Shown here: positions 13,608 to 25,809 of the stretch, piece by piece
How positions within the stretch are numbered: position 1 is the stretch's first letter
Layout: every line of letters begins with the position of its first letter
DNA from: Octopus sinensis
Lineage: Eukaryota
Reading direction: 5' to 3'
Assembly (NCBI RefSeq): GCF_006345805.1
Contig: NC_043010.1
Location: 65,844,001 to 65,908,000, forward strand
Length of the DNA: 64,000 nucleotides
Position numbers and translations under genes: made by a program
The notes under the pieces: generated by a model
What the model was told of the DNA's origin: nothing
The model's input: only the letters and a program-made list of their open reading frames with translations
The model's database searches: none

Positions 13608-14098
13608 ATGGCTTCACAACATCTGATTGGATCACTGGATAACCAAGATGGTGCTCAGTTGGTCTCCAGACATCTGGCTTTTAGCGGTAATATTCGTAAA
13701 GCAATGCCGACGAACGTAGACGTTAACGACGAAAGACCAACCGAGTCCCCAAATAACAGCAGAACTTCAGGCGATGCTTGTCTACAGCCCAGCGGTGCCG
13801 TTCCTCTCGCCGCTGTCGGTATAGCATGTAATGTAGTCCCCAGTAAATTGATGTTGGTTAGACATATAGCTGGAGGAGAGCCACCGTCTATTCACGTCCG
13901 TTGCACCCGCTCTCCGGCGAGGACCACTTTTGATGTAACAGAGACTAATGTATTAGGCAACGGTGCTCATGTCTCATCTATTCGTAGGGAACTGCATAGC
14001 AGTATTGAAGAAGATGCCTCACATTTAGGAAACCAGTCGTGTGTCGGGTCCAGAAAATTCATCTCCAGTTTTGATATAAAAAGAGTTACCAAGAACAG
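13608..14098 (+). CDS. SFI1: SFI1 exon 1 (putative; long N-terminal extension)
   Basis: CpG-rich 174-aa ORF with donor AACAG|GTATGA at phase 2, compatible with exon 2. No recognisable homology. Confidence 0.6.
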
Positions 14099-15090
14099 GT
14101 ATGACATTAACCACTGGACTTCGAAACATTAAGATTTAGTACCCATAAATTAATTCCTCAAATAATATTCCATAAAAGACGATGTTGGAGAATAGCGTAC
14201 CAAATGTACAATATAAAATGAAATAGTCATGCACACATATGCATGTATACATACGTACATGCATAAGATATTTTTAATGTAAGAGCATATATATATGTGT
14301 GTGTGTGTGTGTGTAGAAATGGTTAAAGGCTATGCGAACAGATGGTACTTTAGAAGTGCTATTTGATAGCTGCATCAAAGAATTTAAGTGAAGATCTCAC
14401 GATGACACTTGAGTATGATGATAGTCGAGCTTTTAAAAAATTCTTATTACTGCTATACATGAACGGTATGTTCGTATTTATTTCACCGACTCGCTAGTCT
14501 AAAATTAAAAACATAAGCTTTGTTCCTTGTTATAATATACAACTACCTTGTTTTAATTTCCAAATATATTTAACTTAATTTTGTATTTATTTTTATGACA
14601 TTGTCAGTAATAGAAGGGCAGCACCAATGATCTCTTCACAGGGTCTCCAAGACTGAAGGAAGGGCAGAAGGGAAATGTCTTCAGAACTGGAGACCCAGCA
14701 TGGAAACTTGTAATAGATTATGTACCCAAAGGGTAGTTGCTGATGTTAAACTAGGCGCCAGGTTTGATCTATGATCCAAAGACATGAGTTGTCTCTATAA
14801 TAGACAGCTTTGATCGACTGTGGCCATAGTAAAATACACTTTTCCAAGGTGCCATTAGATGGGCTTGAACTCAGAATACATATTCTTTACTCTTTTACTT
14901 GTTTCAGTCATTTGACTGCGGCTATGCTGGAGCACCGCCTATAGTCGAGCAAATCGACCCCAGGACTTATTCTTTGTAAGCCTAGTACTTATTCTATCGG
15001 TTTCTTTTGTCGAACCGCTAAGTGACGGGGACGTAAGCACACCAGCATCAGTTGTTAAACGATGTTGGGGGAACAAATACTCACACACAT

Positions 15091-15187
<97 letters not shown>

Positions 15188-18100
15188 TACGACGGTCTTC
15201 TTTCAGTTTCCGTCTACCAAATCCACTCGCAAGGCTTTGGTCAGCCCGAGGCTATAGTAGAAGACAATTGCCCAAGGTGCCATGCAGTGGGACTGAACCC
15301 GGAACCATGTGTTTGGTAAGCAAGCTACTTACCACACAGCCACTCCTGCGCCTATATAGTTACAAAGCAAATGTCTTTGCTAAACAGCCATGTTCATGTT
15401 CAATTTGGTAATGTAATCTCTAAAATCTCCCCAGAATATTTAGTTGTGTTGAGAAATGTCAGACCAGGTCAGGTGTAGTGGCATGTGTTATTACAATGCA
15501 TCATTGCAACCACCATCGTCAGTATCAGCTCAGGTCATCTCAGGCAACCCTCTGAGCACATGTCTCAATCAGTTCCCATCGCCACAAAATACTTCCTCGT
15601 CCACCATGACCATGAGACATGTGGCCGACCAACATAAGGATCCTCAAAGAAGAGGAACATGGTGCACAGGATCCAACTCAGAAAATCAAGTAACATGACC
15701 GAAAAGTCTAAGCTGGTGCTCAGAAATCATACTATTAAATTAAATGTCTTAAATTGAATGTTTTCACCTTATTTATGACAAATATTGCTCTTCAGCCTGG
15801 GTCTTTGGCAACCCAAACAGCAACCCTAAACCTTAGTGTTCATTTTTATAGCAAATAAAATCTCAAGTTTTAAGGGTGGGGGAAACTGAACTACTCGGTC
15901 TAGACCTGATGAAGGAACTTCTGGTTATTCAACTTGACTGACATAGCAGCTAAATCTCTTTGAAAACAGGTAGAAGGATGTATTCAATGAAGTAGTCCTC
16001 TAAAAATCCTATTGGGAAAAGTGGATTCTACATAGAGACCACGTTTGAATGTCACCATGGGGAGTGCTTTTGGTCACAGATGATTAGGCCTGAAACACAG
16101 CTGAGTAATGGCTCCAGTCCAGACAGGCCTGTGACCAGTCTTAACGAGATCTTGATATCACAGTCTTGGATATCATTGTTATGTTAATGTTATTATGGCA
16201 TTGTAATTCCTTTTTGTATGTTTGCTTGTGATTAGGAATATTCAAGGCAGTCATGGATAACTTACAACCTGCAGGACTAACCAAAAATTGCCATGAATCT
16301 TTTTATTTGAATGGTTTGCTAAATGACAAACCAGGGGTTGACTGAGAGTATTGAGGGCCCTCGGGCATAACTGTTTACCGGGCCCCTTTGAATGTGTGTT
16401 TTAGTAGAGTTAACATGTAGAGTGTGGGGCCCTCAGGCAGTGCCTGTTTGACCGACAGCTTAGTCCACCCCTGTGACAAACCATGCTTCATTGCAGCCTG
16501 CTTCTCAAAATGGTTGATCATTGCCTGGTTTAACCTTTTAGCATTCAGATTCCTTTGTCAAATGTAAGGATTATTTATTCATGTTGTTTTGAATTAATCA
16601 TGCATTATCTCGTAGCTTTATTTCAATGATGTGACTGTGTATTTTGAGAGTGACATTGTAGGATAGGTGTGAGAGATCAGATCTAGCTAGTTTGACCATA
16701 AAACAGGAAAAATATTTGAGCTGGATACGGTCAGTTTAAATGCTATAGAGTTATGGTGATAACCAGTTCCAATGTATAGGACAGTTTTTAAAAAAATTTT
16801 TTTTTATGGTGTGTCACTTGGATAATGTTGGTGAATCATGATACCCCGTTATAAGAAATGTCTGAAGATTTGAACTTACTGTTGTGGTCTTATTCGATTA
16901 TCATAAATATTGGAGAGGCTGGAAACAGACATTGAAGACTCAAAGAGTGACTCACATTTCCTCATCCCTCACTTACTCTCCCCTGCAATAAATGCCACCC
17001 CAACACCACCCTTGGCCTAACCAGCTACTTCAGGCACCAGTGCCCTTCATACCCATCAGGATGAAGAGGCTAATTACAGATCTACTACTCAGATACAAGT
17101 TAATACTAACGACATATTTATGTAATTTTATATATTATTATAATAATATTGTAATATATATCATTAACGTGGAGGCGCAATGGCCCAGTGGTTAGGGCAG
17201 TGGACTCGCAGTCGTAGGATCGCGGTTTGTGAGTGTTTATTGAGCGAAAACACCTAAAAAATCTCCACGAGGCTCCGGCAGGGGGTGGTGATCCCTACTG
17301 TACTCTTTCACCACTCTTTCTTCTGTTGGCCTGCTCGCTTAGCCAGCGGGGTAGCATCATTCGAAGGCTAAAACAATGCGAAGCGCATTGTGACCAGCGA
17401 TGTGTAACAACATCTGATGGTCTGGTCGGTCACGTGATCACGTGATATCATTAACATGTTACATTATGCATTTATAAATGTCATGTTTAAGTGTCAGAAA
17501 TATAAGAAATAAACCCCTTGAAGCAGAAAGTATCCATGTTGTTCATTGCAGAACCAAGGCCCACACATCAAGAGCATGTCAGCCAAGACCTTCCTCAAAG
17601 ACTTCTCGTGTAAACATTGCTAATTACCGTCCAGGATATACATGGAACAAGGGTGGTCGTCTCAAGGAAATACGGATCAGGTAACTCCTTTGTTTTGTTT
17701 CCATGAGTTTCATTTATTGCCTCAGCTCAATAGTTCCGTGTGATGTTTTAATACTTGGCATAACAGGATCTAATCTAGTTCAGAACCTCACTGCACATTC
17801 TCTCCTGTTGTTATTTCACCCAAGTTAACTAAATTCACTGCCTTTGCTCGTAGGTCATTCAACCCGTTAGAAATAACAGCCAAATACCCCTCAAGTTACA
17901 ACCATCTCCGTTTTCAAAATTGATACATTAATTCAGTGGCTCTCAACTGTTTTTTTTAAACTTATGGACCCCTTTAATTTTCATTTTCCTTCAGGGACTC
18001 TTGTAGCCAATTGATGTTTAAAAAAATTTTATTATATTTTCATTATTAAATATTATCATCATCATCATCATTGTTCGACCGTGGTCGAGACAATGGAATT

Positions 18101-19199
18101 TACCATGCTACGCCAGACTTCACGGTCCATCATAGCATTACGGAGGTCCTGTTGCTGGGTACCTGTATCCCTGGAGATTACATCAGGGTAGGAGAGTGTG
18201 CGCCCTCTGCTATTGCGATATGGGGTATAATGGGGTATTCCTTAAATATTATAAGGAATTGTCTTAAAAGAATTGTGAAAATATTTTGTGCATTGTAGAA
18301 GTATAGGCAATTTATTGCTCATAAATTTGAACCTCAAAATCTTATATGAACCTCCAAGGGCCATAAGGACCCCATTTGAGAACCACTGCCATAGATGGTT
18401 TTTGCTTGAAAACATGTTGTGATGGTCATGATTGGAATGCATTTGGTGTTAAGTGTGCTTAACTAGGGCTGACTAAAATGGGGGCTAAACAACATTAATC
18501 TCATAGATGCCTTCATTTATATAACTAGTAGACATTTTATGGGTTGCTGTTTAGCTCTAAGATGGTCCTTATCATGTGCACCAGGACTTCTAAATTCCAG
18601 CAGATAAAAAGTGAGATAAGCAATCCTTGGTAATCCTTAATGGGACAACATTAGTTGGATTGATGTAATTTTAAGCTCTCAGAGCTCCTGTGATGTTTTG
18701 ATGGGTTAAATTTTCACTGCAAGGGATCATGAAAATGACAGATATGTTTTGCCTTTTCTGAGGTTTGTCAATTCCTCGCACTCCTTTGTCACTGGCTTAA
18801 ATGAAATTTATGCCTTGATATATAAGGAAACAGTAAATAGTACAACCACTGATATTACTGAGAGCTTGCTGGGCTGTAAAAAAACACTTAGTGTATGCAA
18901 TTGAAACAGCACAGCACTGACAAGATTCAACAAAGTGAAACACATTTGTCATTCTTACGAGTCACTGTAGCACTCCAATATCCTGGTACTCCATCGGTTA
19001 CGACGACGTGTGTTCCAGTTGATCCAATCAACAGAACAGCCTGCTTGTGAAATAAACATGCAAGTACAGGTCTATATTTAAGAGATGAGGAATTATGCCC
19101 TCGGGCATATAGCATAGTGGTTAAGAGCATGGGCTACTAACTCCAAGATTCTGAGTTCGATCCCAGGCAGTAGCTTGAATAATAATAATAACAATAATG

Positions 19200-19232
<33 letters not shown>

Positions 19233-21456
19233 CGCAGGAGTGGCTGTGTGGTAAGTAGCTTGCTAACCAACCACATGGTTCCGGGTTCAGTCCCACTGCG
19301 TGGCACCTTGGGCAAGTGTCTTCTGCTATAGCCTCGGGCCGACCAATGCCTTGTGAGTGGATTTGGTAGACGGAAACTGAAAGAAGCCTGTCGTATATAT
19401 GTATATATATATATGCATGTGTGTGTTTGTGTGTCTGTGTTTGTCCCCCTAGCATTGCTTGACAACCAATGCTGGTGTGTTTATGTCCCCGTTACTTAGC
19501 GGTTCGGCAAAAGAGACCGATAGAATAAGTAATGGGCTTACAAAGAATAAGTCCCGGGGTCGAGTCGCTCGACTAAAGGCGGTGCTCCAGCATGGCCGCA
19601 GTCAAAGGACTGAAACAAGTAAAAGAGTAAAAGAGTAAAGAGATATCGAAAAATACCTTAGGAATGAGAACCCAGGTTCAAAATTTCCCCAAGACACCTG
19701 ATGATGGCTGGAGGGTATATCAGCCGAAACATTGTGTTAACAACAAACAAGATGAGGACAAATATCTGTTAAATGTAAATAATTAATATGCAAGTGGCTG
19801 AGCATTCCACAGATACATGTACCCTTAACTTAGTTCTCAGGGAGATTCAGTATAACACATGATGTGACAAGGTTGGCCCTTTGAAATACCGTTGCTACTC
19901 ATTTTTACGAGCTGGGTTGACTGGAGCAACATGAAATAAAATGTCTTGCTCAAGAACACAATGTGTCACTGGGAATTGAACTAATGACTTTACAATTCTG
20001 AGCCAGACACCCTAGCCACTAAGCCATGCACCTTCACTCCAATATATACAGTGTTTTTAACACACTTCTGTGAAGAGATTTTTCTCTCAGACAATTGCAC
20101 AGCATCATGCCTTCTAACTATGTATATACATTTAGTATGATACACAGATCCTGCAACTAAAGTGAGATTGCAGCCATGCATGTCCGGCCCTGTTAAGAAT
20201 ACCCCTGATGCGCCGGGTGATATGATATGCTTGAGAAGACCTGTTGAGTCAAGTAAACCCAATATCGTAGCTGTGGCCAGTTTCCCCTGTCTGGCTCCCA
20301 TGCCGGTGGCATGTAAAAAGCCCCATCCAAACATGGTTGATGCCAGGTCCGCCTGACTGTCTCCCATACCAGTGGCACATGAAAAGCACCCCCTACACTC
20401 TCGGAGTGGTTGGCATTGGGAAGGGCATAAAGCTGTAGAAACATTGCCAGATCAGATTGGAGCCTGGTGCAGCCACTGGCTTCCCAGACCCCAGTTAAAC
20501 CGTCCAACCCATGTCAGCATGGAAAACGGACGTTAAACGATGATGATTATGATGACAGACGGTGATTTATTATCTAATGAATATATATTATTCCTTCTTT
20601 TACAGAACTGTGGCCCGCAAGTATTATAGAAAGTGGATGGTTGCTGTGTTTGGTTCGGTGAGCCCTGCAGTTGCCAGGTTTGAAGTGATTTATAACATTA
20701 CAGAACAGTTTTAATTATCAGCTGTTGAGTGTTGTGGAACTGAGATGGTGTTGTCAAGTTAGGGTATTGTGGAGCTTAAGTGATATGGAAATAGGGTACA
20801 GTGGAGCTTAGGTGATATGGAAATAGGGTACTGTGGAGCTTAGGTGATATGGAAATAGGGTACTGTGGAGCTTAGGTGATATGGAAATAAGGTACAGTAG
20901 AGCTTAGGTGATATGGAAATAGGGTACAGTGGAGCTTAGGTGATATGGAAATAGGGTACTGTAGTGCACTAGAGCTGTTGAATGATATGAATTCGTTTGA
21001 GGTTGTGGAGTTGCTGAGTGATATGGAGCTATGATGTTGAAGAGCCAATGGATTATGGTGTTGTAGATCTTGGGTGATATGAAGATAGGACACTGAGGTG
21101 CTATGGAGCAATGATGATATGGAGATAGGGCACTACAGAGCTGGGGTAATGTAGAGCTATTGGATGTCATGGATCTACAGAGCTGAGGAGTTGGGATGTT
21201 GTGGTACTGTAGAGCTGGGGTGATATGAAGCTAGGGTACTAAGGTACTGGGATGATAAGCTAGGGTGATACTGTGAATCATGTGGAGGTGTTAGGTAATA
21301 CAGAATGGGGACTAATACAGTATGTGTGTGCACACACATACACACACACACACACAATACAAACAGTAAAGAGTTGTGTGGTAATAGGTTTGTTTCTCAA
21401 CTGCATGGTTCCATGTTCAATCAAACTGTATGGCACCTTGGGCAAACATACATACA

Positions 21457-21505
<49 letters not shown>

Positions 21506-22038
21506 TCTTTACCTGTGTGAGTTGCTGAAGTATTGCTGACTGGGAGATATCTTATGGTAGCAGAATGTATTTTAACTGCTATTTCTAAATTTCGTTAGGT
21601 GGTGAAGCAAATTTTGCTGAACCCTAATTATAATTATGCTTATAATTATAGAATTTTTGTATAAGTTTACCGATAATGGTTCTTTTAGCATACCGAACTA
21701 CTTGGTAAAATTATTAAATTATTAATTGATTAATTAATTTTACCCTCTATTATTATTGATAATTATTGTGTGTATATATATATATATATATAGGTATGTA
21801 TGTATATGTATTTATATGTGTGTGTGTGTCTGTATGTCTCACACCACTGCTTGACAACCAGTGTTGGTATGTTTACGTCCCTGTAACTTAGTGGTTTGGC
21901 AAAAGAGACTGATAGAATAAGTACCAAGCTTAAAAAAAGTAAGTACTGGGGTCAATTTGTTCAACTAAAATTCTTCATATTAGTGCCCCAGCATGGCCAC
22001 AGTCTAATGACTGAAATAAGTAAAAGATAAAAGATACA

Positions 22039-22094
<56 letters not shown>

Positions 22095-25000
22095 AGGGCG
22101 GCGCGCTGGCAGAAACGTTAGCGCGCCGGGCGAAATGCTTCGCGGTATTTCGTCTGTCGTTACGTTCTGAGTTAAAATTCCACCGAGGTCGACTTTGCCT
22201 TTCATCCTTTCAGGGTCGATAAATAAAGTACCAGTTTCGCACTGAGGTCAATATAATCAACTTAATCCGTTTGTCTGTCCTTGTTTGTCCCTTCTATGTT
22301 TAGCCCCTTGTGGGTAGTAAAAAATGTATATATATATATATGTATGTACAGTAGCTTTATTATGTTTTATGTTTCTCCCTTTTTTTTAATTTTCAGGGCC
22401 CATTGGCGTCGATGTATTTTGCGTAAAACATTCTCGGTATGGTATGATATCTGGTGGGTTCAACGAAAAGAATGGCGGATGAATATAAGGGCAATTTGTC
22501 TATTGCAGTAAGTAAAGAATTTATTTGGGTTGTTTGGTATGTGGTACTGTATGAACATGAAGGGGATTCATTTTGTCTCCAATAACTCTGAGATGGAAAG
22601 AGCAAATGGCCAGAGCATCGAGTCCCTAATCATCAAACAACATCTTCAAGGGGCCGGTTATGTCACCCGGATGAATGATGAATGATGGCTTTTTTGTGAA
22701 AATTCTCTTCAGTGAACTGACAGGAGCTCCTCTTCGATACTACTAAGATCGACTAAAGTCAATTCTGAAGCAGACCAGCTTCAACTCCCTGGCTTTTCGT
22801 AACCAACTGTCCTGAATAGAATTGAAAGGCCAACCCACACCAATCATGCCCGACTCCAACATTCACACAAGGTCAATGCAATCGTGTGTTCTTCACAAAG
22901 ATCAGCCTCGTTAGCCACATTTGCTATCAGCATTAACGGTCCAAATATTTATCCAGGAGGAGAAATCAATCCTCAGATTTGAGGATGAGCCACTGCCAAA
23001 AACGATGACTGTATGAGGTGTGTGGGAATGTGGTACACAGCAGTAGTGTATGGTATTATAGTACTTTATGGGGATATGCTGCATGGTAGTGTATAGTATA
23101 TAGTACAATATGATTACATGGTATATGGTTTAGAACAGTGGCATGTAATAGTGGTTGTATTGGGTGTGCTACCACACTTAGTGCCACCGAATTTCAAGCA
23201 GGAGTATAACAAAAGTTTTCCATTATGATTTGTGATTAAATTAATGAGTAAGGTTAATATTCATAATGAATTTGCCATTTTCGGTGGGTGTGCAGCACCC
23301 AGAATATAGCACACATATAGGCGGCAAGCTGGTAGAAGCGTTAGCACACCGGGTGAAATGCTTAGTGGTATTTCGTCTGCCGCTACGTTCTGAGTTCAAA
23401 TTCTGCCGAGGTCGACTTTGCCTTTCATCCTTTCGGGGTCGATTAAATAAGTACCAGTTATGCACTGGGGTCGTTATAATCGACTTAATCCATTTGTCTG
23501 TCCTTGTTTGTCCCCTCTGTGTTTAGCCCCTTGTGGGCAATAAAGAAATAAGAATATAGCACACATACATATGTGAGCATATATATACTCCACCATCAAC
23601 AGTACTCAGCTTTATCCAGCTTTATAAATCCCATGATGTGTTGATGTTTAACTATATTTTGAATAACATTGATCTTAAAACACATTTGACAAATTTCTGT
23701 TGGTCCAACCCAGAATGTTAATTTACTCGGAATTATTGCAGCCACAAAATTCATTCCTTTCATGGAAATATGAGAGAAAGTAAAATAGCCTATGACGAGG
23801 ATGTATAATTGAGGTGTTCAACTGGTTTAATTGTCTGAGGTTCCAGAGAGATGAGGAAGAGAAAACTGGGAATATGAATGTCTGAGAGGCCTCTCCTGCC
23901 ACACACACACACACACACAAAAATTGAAATAGAAATAAAAGAAAAATATCAGCCCTCATCATTACCACCTTAAGGCCCCAGGAAGAAGTCAATATCCCAC
24001 TTTGTAAGATTTCTCTATAAGGTTCTACTGATAGATAACCATCTGAGAGTAAGGTTAATATTTATAATGAATTTGTCATTTCTGATGGGTGTGCTGTGCA
24101 GACCTGGCACACCCAGAATAGAGGCCCCTGGTATAGAACTGTGTCACAGTGTAGTATGTAATACTCTGGTAATGTTATGTAGCATATAGTACTGTGTGGT
24201 GTATGATATATAGTACTCAGTACTACACAGTTGTGTGGTGTGTGATAGTGTAGTACCTAGTGTTGTGTGGTATTTGTGGGTTACAATCCTGCTTACCCTG
24301 CTACTAATTTTCACATTTGTCTTCATTATTACCAATGTTAAAGTCACAGAATTATAACAATTGTGGTGGTGTGTGGTGATATTCCATCCATTGAACACCT
24401 TTACTCCTCTTTATACTTAGACATTACTCATTGTTTCGCAGATATCAACGACGCACCAAAGTCCTACACAGGTGGAAGCAGTTTGTCCTACTGTCTAAAG
24501 AGAAGAGATCCAAGTTGGCATTGGCCTCCTCTCATCGTAAGTTCAGGTGGGAGTCAATCCTCCTTCCACCTTTCTTTTCTTCTTATCCCCTCTTCTTTCT
24601 CCTTCTTTCCACTGCCACCTCCCTCCTCCTCCTTTTCCCTCCCCCCTCCTCCTTCCCCTCTTGGTATTTTCAAATTTTGATTTTTAATAGTAAGAACCCT
24701 GTTAAACATCAATGAATTTTCAACAAAACTAACTAGACCCAACCTACAGGCAATCTGTATATATTTATATATGTATACTTATATATATATATATATACAG
24801 AAAAAAAAAGGTCAAGGTAGAAAATGCTAAAACAATTTTATGAAAACATTTCAGTACCGGTTTCAGTCATTGAGACTTTTTCAACTGTAAGTATGGAAAA
24901 CAATTAAACTTTGGAAGAATTAAAAGAAAAGTATTTTAAAAGAATATTTGCATAGTATTCAAAAACAAGGGGCATTTTCCTTGTTTCTTCCTGTCTCTGT

Positions 25001-25755
25001 CTCTCTTGTTTACTCTTGTGGGTTCGAGGAGAGACAGAGACAGGCAGAAACAAGGAAAATGCCCCTTGTATTTGAATACTATGCAAATATTCTTTTGAAA
25101 TACTTTTCTTTTAATTTTTCCAAAATTTAATTGTTTTTCCATACTTACAGTTGAAAAAGTCTCAATGACCGAAACCGGTACTGAAATGTTTTTAATGATA
25201 AAATTATTTTAGCATTTTCTACCTTGACCTTTTCTTTTTCCATATATGTATATATAAATATATACAGATTGCCTGTAGGTTGGGTCTAGTCAGTTTTGTT
25301 GAAAATTCATTGAAGTTTACCCTCAGACTCAAGTTTCTGTATCAATTTGCAAATGAATTAATTTGCCATCTGTACTTCATCACTGAGGTCGCTAAAATTA
25401 ATGCATGTTTATGCTGTCTAAATTTTCTACCCTAATTATTTTCAAAGCATATATGTATAGCACCATCCGTACGTGGCCGATGCCAGTGCCGCCTTGACTG
25501 GCTTCCATGCCGGTGGCACGTAAAAAGCGCCAACCGATCGTGACCGTTGCCAGCCTCCCCTGGCACCTGTGCCGGTGGCACGTAAAAAGCACCCCCTACA
25601 CTCACGGAGTGGTTGACGTTAGGAAGGACATCCAGCCATAGAAACACTGCGAGATCAGACGAGCCTGGTGCAGCCTGCTGGCTTCCCAGACCCTGGTCAA
25701 ACCATCCAACGCATGCTAGCATGGAAAACGGACGTTAAACGATGATGAGGATGAT

Positions 25756-25809
<54 letters not shown>

